From Podarcis melisellensis (taxonomy: Eukaryota): a stretch of DNA of 64,000 nt. The position numbers and the translations under genes were made by a program. A model generated the notes under the pieces. The model had not been told where the DNA came from. It saw only the letters and a list, made by a program, of their open reading frames with translations, and did not search any database. The stretch lies in assembly GCA_964234715.1 (NCBI GenBank), contig OZ174281.1; one strand, written 5' to 3'. Below, in pieces: positions 50,703 through 64,000 of this stretch. Position 1 is the stretch's first letter. Every line of letters begins with the position of its first letter.

Positions 50703-52762
50703 CTACAAAGAGAAAATAGGGAGATTAAGTTCTAATTTCAGATTAAAAAAATGTGGCCGACTGCAGAGAGCTTTCAGAATCACAAGGTACAATCAGACAT
50801 CCCTTACAGAGGACTAGTTAGAGCCACATTTTGAATCTGCAACGTAACTGCAGTGCAGAGAAATTCCATTCAATGTTTTGAAAAGCTTTTCTACTCAATG
50901 AAACTGCTGCTCCATTTTATAACTGCTAATTCATAGTGTAAAGTGTTGAGAATTATCATTTCGGTATATGACATATATTAACCTTTGCAGGAGTCTTGAG
51001 TTTTATATTTCTAATAATTTAGTTTTTTCATCATAGGTACACACACAATATTTACATTTAACAGAGAGATCAGATTTGATTTTTTTTATTTCATAAAATG
51101 TATATACCACTTGATTGTAGAAAAACTGCAAAGCAGTTTTTTTAAAAAAGGATATAAGAATAAAACTATCTCTAAAAAAATTGCAACCATAATTTTAAAC
51201 ACACAGAAGGTTAAAACTGCAGTGAAATAGACTAAATTAAAATGCCTACAAACTTTCTAAACATCTGGGCAGAGCTGATAATTCATAATGCATAAAAAGG
51301 AGTCTGAGTTTAAAAGATCCAATGTGACATATGGCTGAATGCAATATGCCCCCTTTTAGGAAAGAAGGGGATGACAATTATAGTCCAGCCAACACAGTAT
51401 GCTCTTCCCACCTGGCAGTTACATTCCAATGCCATTGCCACTTTAGTAGCAGCTAACTCTGTACACAGCTCTTCCGCAACTAGTTCAGAAGCAACATTTC
51501 AGCAGCAACTGAAATGTAGTAATACGTTAGTTAAAGCTTAGAAATTTAATCTTATTTTCATCTGGCCATCATAAAAAAACAAATCTGATTCAGCTCGAAA
51601 TGACTTCATAGTAAGTCAGCAGCCTGCAGAACTGACATCCATCACAAATTAATCCTCCAAGTCCGTTTCCTTCATTGTAACAAGTCTCCATGAGAATGAA
51701 TCAAATCTGGCCAAAAGCCTTAATCTGCTTTCAGAGCCAAAGAATTGTGTGTTGCACAATATGTGGGAAAGTGCAGGGCTTCACTGAATATACATGGTGA
51801 GAGGAATTACATTTGCTTGTGAAAACTAGTGGGTAGTGCAGAGAAAACAGATACACACACACACAAACCTGCTGGCAATGTTTAGTTTGAACTATAAACA
51901 GGAGCATTTGTATTTCAAAAGGGAAGGATGTGGATATCAATGTCTAGAAGTAGCTAACCAGGACAAAACTAAGCCGGGGAGAATTTATCCAGGTTAGACT
52001 GTCACAGAAGAACCTTTATAGTAATTTGTGCTGTGCACAAAAACATGCCAGGAACTATTAGAGCAGGACCCCAAACTGTCAAGATGTGTTCATGCACCTT
52101 CACAGGGAATTAAATCTCATCTTCCTAAAGAAGCCTGACATCCTGTTCATGCAGTTATCTAGGGCAAAATGACCAGGGAGACACAACTTGCATTCGGTAT
52201 TTTATTTTTTTATTTTACATGCATAACTGCACGTTCTTTCATGTGTGATGAACTCTTTTTCAAAGGTTATTTGTGATACATTTCCACAAGCAATTTGATT
52301 ATCTGGCAAATGGCACCATAAATTAACATCTAACAGGGAAGAAAAATTGTGTTAAGGCTCTTTTTGGATCAAGCTACCTTCAGTTAGACTCAGAGCAACA
52401 CTGAAATTGCTCAAATTTTCACACAGGCAGACTTCCCACTGCTTTCTTTGTGTGTGGGGGCGGGGGGCGGATCTAAATATTTATTTCTAACCGGACTAAT
52501 CTATACATTTTGGTTAGTAACTTTGGTTCAGAGTTTGATATATTAATAATGTCTGATTAGCCCAACAACACCTCTTGTTGATGGAGTAAAGAATGTATGT
52601 ATTATTCTAACCAAAGCCTACTATATAGTTAGTTAGAGATGGGGAACCTATTCCATACCTGCCTTGTTTAGAAGGGGGCAATGCAGCTGGTTATCCATGC
52701 ACACCGCTCTTGGCTTAATGCTAATACACATGCCATGTCTCTTTAAACAAAGTTGTGAACTA

Positions 52763-53003
52763 CAGTGGTACCTCGGGTTAAGAACCTAATTCTTTCTGGA
52801 GGTCTGTTCTTAACCTGAAACTATTCTTAACCAGAAGACCACTTCAGCTAATGGGGCCTCCTGCTGCCGCTGTGCCGCCGGAGCACGATTTCTGTTCTCA
52901 TCCTGAAGCAAAATTCTTAACCCGAGGTAATAGTTCTGGGTTAGCGGAGTCTGTAACCTGAAGTGTATATAACCTGAAGTGTATGTAACCTGAGGTACCA
53001 CTG
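52763..53003. mobile_element. Tc1/mariner-type MITE (CAGTGGTACCTC TIR)
   Basis: TA|CAGTGGTACCTCGGGTTA ... TAACCTGAGGTACCACTG|TA; subterminal TAACCTGAAG repeats. Confidence 0.9.
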
Positions 53004-53591
53004 TATTTAATCCCAGTCATTGCTGTCTGCCTCCTTTGTTTCCTTTCCCATTAACAACATTCTAATGTGATGCACCTTGTTTATGTCCAAAAAACAATGC
53101 TTTATTAAAGAGGGGGGAAAGCCTCAGGGCTGAGTAATTTTTCAATGTTAACACAACTGAAAGTAGTTAAAATGTAGTCATTTTGTATGTACCAGGCCTT
53201 AATGGATGTAAGCTTTTGTTAGTTTCAAACATCACTCAACCCCAAATGAAATGGGATTTCAGCAGGTGTTAAAGTGGAAATGTGTTTCCAAACTCTCCAA
53301 AATTTGCAGTTATCTAACACTGTGATGAATAGCAAAAGGTCCCCCCCCTTTAACAATGGCAATAAGTTTTAAAAATTAAGCCCAGCATGTAAGACAATCT
53401 GACAAAAATAACAAAAATATTGTATGACTGAAATTGAGAGAGGGAAATAGTATCTAACCTCTCCCCTCCATCCCCAGTAAATCACCAATCAGTGTGCAAG
53501 AGTACTGGTTTAATCAGACTGATATCTGTGTCTAAGTAATGTTATGTGTATGTTAAGACTTTTAAAGAAATTATCCAAGTTCTGATCTTAC

Positions 53592-53804
53592 CGGTTCCTT
53601 TTTCACAGGAGTGCTGTGAGCTGCAACACCAGAAAATTGTTCTAATGCATTCTGGTGCTCTTCACTCAGCTGCTGTTGCTGCTGCTGTTGCTGTTGCTGC
53701 TGTCCTTGGGCCCCTGTCCCACCTGATCCTTGTTGACCCGAAGCTTCTTTCTGCTCTTGATCCTGATCCTTTGATTCAGAATCTGATCCAGATTCTGTAG
53801 TCAT
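53592..53804 (-). CDS. EPB41L3: EPB41L3 first coding exon (U1 domain, MTTESGSDSESK...HSTPVKKEP, with Q11 tract); 11-nt 5'UTR part extends to 53815
   Basis: ATG at 53804 in AACCATGA context; acceptor AG at 53816-53817; donor CCG|GTAAGA; 213 nt, phase 0. Confidence 0.96.
53670..53702 (-). repeat. Coding CAG/CAA repeat (Q11)
   Basis: CAG CAG CAA CAG CAA CAG CAG CAG CAA CAG CAG. Confidence 0.95.
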
Positions 53805-54855
53805 GGTTGATTATTCTACAACACAAATAAAACTATTCAGTATCATAAAAAAAAAATCAAAAGAAGGCAAAAACTGAATTGACAAACAAGTAAGATGGTT
53901 TTAAGTGTGGGTGGCAAAGTTAAGACCATTTGTGGGTGACGGGGAGTCACACCCACCCACCTGGCTCTACACACAAGGGGATTTTTTTATTAGTTGTCTT
54001 CACACCTGCTCTCCTGTCCCCTCACCACACTTAGGTGGTCTGAATTTGTTTGAATGCAGATTCTTCTTAACTCTGGTCACTGAATCCAGCTACCAGAACT
54101 AGTGATACTTAGGGACTTGTTTAAGATTGTAGAGGACTATAAACCATTTGCCAGATAACTTATCACCCTTTCTCCAACTCTTCCAACAGAACCCCAAGAA
54201 AATTAAACTGAAAACATCCTGTTCCTACTTGGTGGCTCAGTGCAAAATCTCTGTGCGACTCAGGGAAATATCCACATGGTTCAGTGATACAAGAATATAG
54301 AAAAGGCAACAGGAAGCAAGAAAAACATACAATCTATGGGCAACTGCTTATATGTATTGTTTTTAAAGCGATATAAAATAAAAGCATTCAAACACAATTT
54401 ACATTAATGGCCGCTTGGTCACTGATGTAAATTCGGTAAAGATCTTAGGCAACACAACTAAAATTTAATCAAATCAATAGTTTTTAACTATAAGAATTTA
54501 TGGATCTCACGACACCCATTTTCTGTTCATGATCATATTATGCTCATTAGTGCTGTCATATATTCAGTTTACTTTAAAATAATCAACAGTAAAATGCCAA
54601 CAGAAACCAGAATGATGCGTCTTCAAGAGACTTAATTTATTTTTCATTGGTTCTTTGTTCTACACATTGACTACTACAGCACATACAAAAATACCCTTAC
54701 TTTATGCAAATGGGGTTATTTAAGCATTGCCTTTTAGTTTTGCTCATCTAGGTAGATATGTTTCTGTGAATGTCTCTCTATGCTCAACATCTAAATGTGA
54801 ATGAGACTGCCTCACACTTTTAAAATGGTTATCCTAAACTTAACATATGCATACT

Positions 54856-55018
54856 AATAGGCTCCAACTCCTAGGGGCCAAGGTCCTTTTGTCCCCCCCA
54901 TTGAATATTTTGGGGGGCTGCCTCCCCCAAAGTTGTGCATTTGCCATGTCTTGTGGTGGACTATGTGGGGTGGGGCTTACATGCCCCTCCCCATATTGTA
55001 TTCAAGTTGGAAACCCTG
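54856..55018. mobile_element. Older short hAT-like MITE, termini similar to the element at 34115
   Basis: AATAGGCTCCAACTCC..GGGGCC ... AAGTTGGAAACCCTG resembles CATAGGCGCCGACTCC ... AAGTCGGCGCCCCTG after CpG decay; TSD not evident. Confidence 0.5.
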
Positions 55019-56018
55019 GAGAAATTAGAAAAACAGTATATATTAAGGCAGCCTTGATATTGAACCGTGACACTGAGGGGAGATTTTTAACAATTCCCTC
55101 TACACTGAGGGGATTTAAAAAAAAAATTACACTGGCCACAGAAACACAGTGCCAGCAGAACTTCAAAACACACATGCCCACATTAATGCATAACAACAGC
55201 TGTTTCCTATATATGATTAGACTATGTTTTGGGGGGGGGGAATCCCTTTTTAAAAATCATTGAAGCCATTTGCGAAAAATGGACATTTGAAGAGAAGCCT
55301 TCATTTCAAAATTGTAAATGTCATTCTTATTAATTTCTGAGCTTAAGTTTAAATTTGCAACTACTCAAACATTTTCCCCCAAAAAATGAACTACGATCGC
55401 CTAAAAATGGAGTGTTTGATCCTTCTTTGTGCTAGGTGTAATGCACAAACAAAGAGTCAAAGGCAAAAGTAGGGCACAAAGACAGATGTTCTGTGCCATC
55501 AAGCATCCATCACAGTGGTTGAACAGAAGATTAAATCTTAGGTTATTTTCCACATTAAGGGGAAAAATCCTTTTGAGTTTAACCATGAACACTGGTCTCT
55601 CTTCAAAGTCATATAGCTTGACCCTGAAAACATCTTCCAGGTGCACCTTGATCAATTGCAGATGTTTCCAGGATTGAACTAGCAGCTGCAACCACAATCA
55701 GTTTCAACTGAACACTGACTGGAGTAAGCAAAGTAAACAAACCCTAACTTTTACTCTTGGTCATCAAAAGAACTGTTTAAAGAATTCTATCCTCCCCCCA
55801 AAATCATCCCTTTTTGTACCTACTGGGTTATCCTAATTTATGTTCCAATTTAGTACACACACTACAATATGATCCTTGATGTCTGCTTGCTTTCGTTTAA
55901 ACTTCGTAATTGTTTGGGATAAAAAATATTAAACTCCTGATAATACACTCATCTTCAATACATGGGTCAGATCCTGACTAATGATGGGTATAATAGTAGC
56001 ACTACTGTCATATGAATG

Positions 56019-56019
56019 C

Positions 56020-56055
<36 letters not shown>
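56019..56055. repeat. (GATA)n microsatellite
   Basis: Directly visible. Confidence 0.97.
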
Positions 56056-57610
56056 CACTATAAATGTTAAACACTGCTAATACAAACAAAATCTAAACCA
56101 TTTCCATTTATGTCTTGACTTCAGAAGCTTGTGGGATATGAGGGTATCTCCGATGCAAGGCTAGCAGTTGCATAATTTATTAATAGGTTGAGAGTAAGTT
56201 CATGTCCATTAGACGAGCAAATTATAGTTGTATCTATGCAATCTATTGGTCTCCACTGGAATCAAGTACATTAAAAGGAACTGCTTCTGCCAGCTTGTCA
56301 CTTCTGGCAACATATGTACATGAAAATTAATAATCACTCACGGCACAAAAGAAACAGGGTATTTCTAGAAGATAATTATATCTTTTGGTAAGTTTTTGTA
56401 AATACATGCATGAAAAGTCGAATAATGAAATGAAGACGACAGTAATTGCAGAGCATAACCCATCAGATAGTTGTTTCTATTCTAGTAACTCACTCTTTTC
56501 ATTTCTATTGGTGCCTCTTAATTAAAACACGACGTACAACCAATTTCTCCATTCTGAGTGCAAGATCCACTTATACTGCTTGTCTGATCCCACAACAGAG
56601 TTTGAGTGGGATTTACAGACAAAAGTGTGGCGATTCAAGCTGAACGACTTCGCGTACGCAGAGGTTATCTACATTGACATAAATTAACAGCAACACTATT
56701 ATAGCAATTCAGCATTCTTTTTTAAACTTGAGTGGGGGGCGGTGTAAAAAAGTATTAAGCAGATAATGGCTTACAACAGTAACAAATTGGGAACATAGGA
56801 AAGCTACCAAGTCAGACCATTAGTTCATCTAGTCCAGTACTGTTGACTACCTGCAGCATTTCATGTTTCGGACAGAATTGGGTAGTTTTCCACTCCACCC
56901 AAAGGTACCGGTAACCAAACCTGGAAATGTACCACTGCTTCCTAGAGGTATTGAACCAGGTATTGAACCTAGGAACTCGTGCATATAAAACAGATGTCCT
57001 TGCTCATAGATAACTACCGAGCACATAAAAATCTTAAATCCACAGAAATTGGACAATTTCTAAGCATGTTATTTATTATTGTTGTTGTTTCAATTTATAA
57101 CTCATCCTTCCTCCCGAAGGAGCCTACCTGTATGTACAATCCAAAATATTAACCTACCTGACTTGGATAATATTTGTGAAAGGCAACCCCTTTCCCACAC
57201 TTCCTTCATCTGCTGTGCCGATTTGGCCACAGTTGCTCTGCAATAATTACCGTGGGTACCTCATCTGGGCAACAACCCAGAAAATGGCTCAACACAAAGT
57301 CATGTAAAACTGTTCTAGTTAGCTGAAACACCAGTTTCCAGACAAAAGATAGACACAAAGGATGCTCTGGTGTTTGCATGGAAGTTCACTCATGCTGTCC
57401 TAAGTAGTTATTATTCTGGATCGGCATGATTATGAGCTCGCTGATGCTGTGGAAGAATGTTTCAGGGACGGGAGCAGGATTCCTGAGCAAACTATCATTC
57501 AAAGCCTGTATGCTAGAGTTACAGCTAGAACAGGTTTTCCCGTAATTGTGTTTTTAACAGGATTAGGAGAAATGGAAGAAAACACAGTAATCTGAGCAAG
57601 GAAGCAAACA

Positions 57611-57639
<29 letters not shown>
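57611..57639. repeat. (AC)n microsatellite
   Basis: Directly visible. Confidence 0.97.
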
Positions 57640-57641
<2 letters not shown>

Positions 57642-60600
57642 CATCATCCTGACTCCACATTTTACAATTTAGCATACCATTGCTAGAAAACCTGTTTTAG
57701 CTGCAACCCTAAAGAGAGAACCAGCAGGATCTGCTTATTAACTTCAATTAATTGTTTCAAGATATATGTTTTTCTAACTTTGAACATGATTAGTTGATTC
57801 ATTACTAGAAAAGGGTAGAACCTCTTTGCCACATTTTGTTTGGTCTTGGTTCATTCCGACCTCAGGAAACCCCTCTGGTGAATCCTTGTGAATTTTAAGT
57901 ACTTTGTGAAGTGCTTTCTTTGTCATACCAAAGACTTTACCGAAGAACACTAGCACTTAAAAAGACAGAGGTGCAAGTACCTTTTGTCCTGGCATGTTGA
58001 GGAAAGTTTCACTGGACTTCAAAGCCAGCAGTAACTCACTTAAAACAACTGAGCCTTAATTTGAGACATGGAATTGAGTCAAGAGTTCTTGGACTTTGAG
58101 ACATGGTGATATGCCTCAAAATATCATCGGAAGAGCAAAAACTGATGCTTAACAATACTTAATTTTAATTTAATGTATGCAGTCCTCCAGGCTTCTTTCT
58201 CTTGCCCTCAAGACTCTCACTAGGCCATGTCCCCTCACTGGTCCTGCTCTGCATCCTCCTTGCATTTTCTGCCTAGCTGGAACTTGTCCCGGAACTGTGA
58301 TAATGTCTCTTGTTGACCTGAGAGGAAACGGGAAAGTGGTGTTTCTGTGTTAGTTGTATCTCTGGCTTCTGCATGAATGAAGTTTAGTCTACCATACAAG
58401 TAAGAGAAATATCCCTGCCCATTTTTTCCCTGGCCCCACTGAAAGTGGAATGTGGCCCCTGGTAGATCCCCATGAGGCAATGTGGCCCTCGGATTTATAA
58501 CTCCCAAGTTATAAAGTTATTCAGGACAATTGTCAATAGGACTGCTCCTCAGAGATGCAAGCATAATGAGGTTATTCACTATGGCACAATGCAAGTTATA
58601 TCTTTTGGGGAGTCATTTACTGGTGCTAGGGTGTAGTTTTGTCTTGAACAACAAAATACTGGTTCTAAATAAATACACACTGAATTTGGCTCTACTGAAC
58701 ATACATTTAAGCTCTGAAAATCATCCATATAAACATGCTCCATAATTTCAGAAATGCCCTGGGGTTTTATAATGCTTAAGGCACATATGCCGGACATTAC
58801 ACTTTAGTCACACACCACACACATATTCTCTTTGCCTCTTGGGTCCTGCAGCAAACAGCTGTCATTAATATTCACCCCTTCTGCTAACACTTTCCTTAAT
58901 CCCAGTAGGGCTTCCTAGCCTATAATTAAACTTTCCAGCTGCTGCACTGCTAGACAGAACCCAAATGGATCATTTGCTTTTAAAACATTCCCTCTTTGCT
59001 AGTCCAAGGATGAATTCGAAGAAACTTTTTTCACAATGTCATGGTTCATTCTATTTCTTCCAATCTATGTCATGTACTAAGTGCTTCACATTCCCTAACA
59101 TTACATTCTGACATGATAGGGCAGCATTTTCAAAAGTGCTACCTGTTTCATGTTCAGAACTACTTAGTGAGAGTTGAAAAATCTGAATGCATGGATGCGA
59201 TGTTAATATCAGAGGAAGGGTTTTGTTCAGTTAGAGTCTGGGAAAGTTAAGCTAAGTGGTAACAATCGTAGTTAGGCAACAATCATAGCTTAATGGCAAT
59301 TTTAAAAACCAAAGTAGCAGAAACACAATTAAATGAGAGATGTATTATTTACATGCCAGAAATGTCAAATCTTTAAAAGGAACGAATACATCCACAGACA
59401 TACTCTTCAAAAAATTAAGAAGGTACTAGGAAATTATTGCTATCCAATTAACGAAAATTCTGATCTTCCTTCAGACAGGGAGGTGCAGGACATACACCCC
59501 AGCAACAACTAGAACCAGGATTTAATATATATATATATAAGAAACTTCTTCAGCTTGAAGCCTAACAACCCTATCATCAAGTTACACCCCAAGTATTTCA
59601 GTGGAGCTCATCTGAAATGTCCCTGAACATCTCATCTAATTTCTCTCAGCATCTTCAAAACATGCAACCTGGCCTTGCAAATGAACTTCTTCCCCAAAAG
59701 CCAACATTGTGTTGCATCACACACACTCCCAAAGTGTTTATTAAACAGGGATTAAACTTCTACATACAAGCAAATCCTATGATTCATTCTGAATCAAAAT
59801 ATAACAAATTTTCAAAAAGGAAATCAAAGGCACTTCTCCCACTACATAAAGTAGTACTGCTACAATAAATACATTAATTTTTATTGTTATTTTAAATATA
59901 TTGTTTCTAATGATTACTTGGTTTACTAAAGTATGCACAATGTCTCTTTTTTCAAGTTACATTTTCTACAGATCAGTTTCATTTGTTGAGACCTTAGTGT
60001 TACATTAGGAAGAAAAGAGGGAAAGAGGTGGAGGGGGGCATGGTGAGTGGGGTGGCAACGCTTCTATTCTACTTAGTATATGTGTGGGGTTTTGTGTCAG
60101 TGTCACTTGTGTGGGAATACCTTTATGAACTCCATTCAAAGGAAAACTGGCAAGTGCCCACCAGCCATCACAATAAAGCACTGCCCCAAATGAATTGCTT
60201 AGCCTCCTGACAACAGCAGCATTCTAGGTCACTTACCCTATTTGTCACCCTCAAAATATTTAAAGTGACAACATGCCTTGGCTGTACATTTTGAACTGCA
60301 CAGCAGAGATAAAAAGCAAGTACTCCAGATACCCGAGATTTCATGTTGGAAGTGCTTAACAGTTTAAACTGAGATATTCTCCTTTTCTGAAACAGTCTTC
60401 TGTTTAAACAAGGGAAGATGCCAAAGTATAAATTTAAATGGTGGCATCAAGCTGGTCTTCTTTCACTCATGGAGATGATTTTGATCAAGTTGGTGCCTTT
60501 GCTAACGGAGGAGGAAAGGTCAGGGTTTTGCCAGCAATCCCCTTCCAAAAGCAGCTCTGAGGAGTTGGGGGGACCCTCCAAAACAGGGTAGAACGTATTG

Positions 60601-63600
60601 TCAGAGCTTCAAGGTGAAGAACAAACTGGCACTCCCTCCTCTTTCATTAGTGGAGGTGTTTGATGGATCAAAACTCTTCTGTAAATGAAAGGGCACCAGC
60701 TGGATTCCATCCACTGGATTTAACACTGCTAATCGACCCATGTGTAGTTTATGCTATTTTCTTTTTTAAAGGCTATCTCCATTTTGTATGTTTAATAACT
60801 AAACAGCCCTGGCAAAACATAAATTCAGATCTGCAGTGATTTTACTTCAAAACGACTGATCTGTTGTTTATTTTATGAGTTTACAAGATACTTAACTTCC
60901 CAATCATAAACATGCTAGGCTAAGAAAGAAGGTGGTTATCAGCAGGTTTACCAACAGCTGCATAAGCAAAACTTTTACCAAGTGGTATAATGTAAGGGAT
61001 TCTAACTGAGATTTTGCATTAAGGAAGTGCAGCTATAGCTATAGCCCAGCTATAGCTATATCCCAGGTTCAGAATGACACATCCATAACATAAAATGTGA
61101 GACATCCCTACATCAAAGGACAGGCTATGGAAAACATTACTTCACCCTTTCTCTAATTAACACCATGCCGCAGGCTTGAGGAAAGAGAAATGGCACACTA
61201 CAGCAACTGCTGTTTAGGATGGCACGTCCATTGCAGGTGTTTAAAAAGGTAAGCTTGTGTGAAATGTTTGCAGCTGGAAATTTAAGCAAGTAAAAGAAGT
61301 TATTTGGTAAAATATATAATTTTTTGTTAGCTGTTGTAGATTTGGTCATAGTTCAGACTGGAAAATGTTCATGCACATTAATAAAAATATATACCATTTC
61401 TGGTGGCACAAGATTAGACCATGATGAACATGTTCATTCAGATTAGCTGATTATATAAACAAACAACTCCTTTTGGTTGTTTTTATTTTTAATATTGGGG
61501 GGCCTCAGTGTGTGTGTGAAGACCTGATGAAAGAAAAACAATAAAATGGAGGAGAGCAGTACAATTTTTGCTGTGCAGCAACAGTGATGTTTCTAAGAAC
61601 AATAAGGGGCTGAGGATAACAATTTCTTCTGCATAAGAGATAATTAAAGAGAAAATAAAAATAAGTAGGAACTTAACACAAGAATGGGCAACAATACCAC
61701 TTTGACAGAGCTGTACTTGATGCAGGAACTAATAGGCTCCTTGAACCAGCTGTGTGCAAATTACAATGTCATTAACTGAACACAATTTACAACCAAGAAT
61801 ATATAAATGCTCTTAAAAATGTATTCCCCCACCCAATAAAAGGAGAGTATATTGTTCTGATACTTTCTAAAAATTTACTTCTAGTTAAAGTTGTTCTTAC
61901 AACAGCAATTCATGCATAAGTTCCTCTCACATCCTGTTGTCATATTTATTATTTCATATCACACAACTATCTCTCTATACAATTGTAGCTCTCAGTAGTT
62001 TCCCCAGATATCATTAAAATTAGATGGCCTATACAGGGTGACTTAAGAATGCTCCCTACAAGAACTTTTTGTACCTCTTGTATCAACATGACTAAAAATT
62101 TTAAAAGGGCCTTTTACTTGCTTCAACTAGCATTACTGGGACTTGCACATACTACCAGATTTGCATAAAGTCACTACAACCAATACAAGAATTTGAATAT
62201 CGTTTGTTAACAAGAACTCAGTCGTTCCTTCAAATCTTTCAACGGAATGTATTAAAAATGCCACTGAGACCATTCCAATGTCACTCATTTATGCTGCCTG
62301 TCTCCTTTTGAATGATAATGTGGGTAAAGGTTTTATCAAACTTCTCTGATCTGCAACAATAATTAACAGTGTATGGATAGTAAAGGGAAATGGAGAAGAG
62401 TACACTTGGAGATACACAGTGTACATGAACATTTCAAAAGGTTGTATTACTTCCTTGGCTTAGACTGAAGCAACTACAGCTTTTATAACTTTTTCCAGTG
62501 CTGACAAGAGAAACAAACTTTTTTTTTTAGTGTTACAGATGGCATTCATCTCTATCTTTCCCTATCATTGAATCTAGATGTGGTAGTGCAACTGATGGGA
62601 GTTGGGAGTCCAACAAGATTTAGATTCTACAAAGCCAAATTCCATATTCCTTGTGCTCTACTATAGCAAATGCCTGATCTCAAGATAACTCCTGGTACTC
62701 AAGTTTCTGAAATGCTGATATTTAGTAGGCTCAGCCCATTAAACTTAGAAATGATTACGCTTCCAGCTCTACTTTTATGATATAAAAATGCAATAAAATC
62801 TTTCAGTTTACCACAATGGCATGCTAAAATTGCATTCCATTTTTTTAAAAAAATAAAATTTGAGAAGGACAGGTTTGCTCTGTGTTCCTATAAATCATGC
62901 TATATAGGGTTCCATGGTTTTTGTCTTGGTTGTAACCCTGAATATTGGTGTATGGCATGTTTATAACTTATAATTCTTGACATTATATATTACAGTTGCT
63001 CAAATGAATATCTATAGTTTTATTACGAAGTCAGCAAAAATAGTAAACTATCATAAAAACTTCAACAAGGTAGAGAAATATAAATGTTAAAGTTTACTAA
63101 ATTTTGGATGCAAGTTGTAGTGCTCTGGATCAACAATTGTTGGATTTTGCCATTCTTCTTTACTAAAGCTTATTTTCATCATTTTTGACAAAACAGATTT
63201 AGTGACCTACACACAGAATCTAAACCATTAAGTTCAAAAGAACTGGAAATCCTGTTCTCTATTCTGCACTCTCAGTCTGTTGCAGTAGAAAGAATTATTC
63301 ACATTGCTCACACTGCTGCTCCAACAAAGTAATCAAAAACAGCAATGTGCTGGCACCAAACTAAAAGGCCCTTATAATTGCCATGTTTCAAATTCCATTT
63401 AGTCAGCCCCTAGCAAAGAGGCTACAAAACTCTTTAATAAATCATAAAACCAGAGGGGGGAAATTAGGTCATCTTGTCCATCCCCCAACATTTTAAACTT
63501 GCATTCTCCATTGTACCGCTGAATACTCGGTCAACTTGTAAATGATTCAAGTGATGGGATTTTTACTGGCCCCCTGGAGAAACTGCTCTATAGTCCATGA

Positions 63601-63675
63601 GTCCATGAGTGAGCTCTTTCCTGATAACACTTTCTCCACCTATTTACCCATTTTAGAGGACAACATATATATTAT

Positions 63676-63722
63676 TATATTATATTATATTATATTATAT
63701 TATATTATATTATATTATATTA
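63676..63722. repeat. (ATATT)n pentanucleotide repeat
   Basis: Directly visible. Confidence 0.96.
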
Positions 63723-64000
63723 ATTATTGCCATTACTATTTTCATACTTTTTGCTAATTTAGCAAAAGACTTTGCATTGTTTACTGATCCCCACCACCAC
63801 AAAAACCTTACTGCTACTTAAGAAACATTCTGTAACCCATTATAATTTGCTGCTATCTGTGTAATTTAGGGGCACAAACGAATGAAAATGTGTTACCTAC
63901 AACAATAGTAGATGTGTGCACGCACAAAGTTCCAAATTATTTCATTTATTTAGCAGATTTATATCTCACTTTTCAACTGGAGTCCCCAAAGCGGCTATCA

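Overview
Vertebrate genomic DNA from a squamate reptile, probably a lacertid lizard (inferred from two Sauria SINEs). The whole window lies inside EPB41L3 (protein 4.1B/DAL-1), transcribed on the minus strand. I mapped 20 coding or candidate coding exons with GT-AG boundaries and consistent phases, from the start-codon exon (ATG at 53804) through FERM, FERM-adjacent, U2, spectrin-actin-binding (SAB) and U3. The C-terminal-domain exons lie beyond position 1 and the first non-coding exon(s) probably lie beyond 64000. Exon numbers follow my recollection of the human gene. Introns carry Sauria SINEs, L2, CR1 and RTE fragments, hAT and Tc1/mariner-type non-autonomous elements, a Penelope-like insertion and microsatellites. 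Most notable: (1) a Penelope-derived minimal hammerhead-ribozyme motif in the sense orientation of the pre-mRNA, embedded in a 71-bp inverted repeat; (2) a U3 region with two extra in-frame exons (75 and 717 nt) and two stop-containing exon-like segments (decayed or poison exons); (3) a candidate internal first exon encoding MFLAALTFE in frame with exon 4; (4) RBFOX-type motif clusters and a distant branch point. No prokaryotic system, CRISPR array or tRNA/rRNA gene was seen. All family assignments are from recognition, not from a search.
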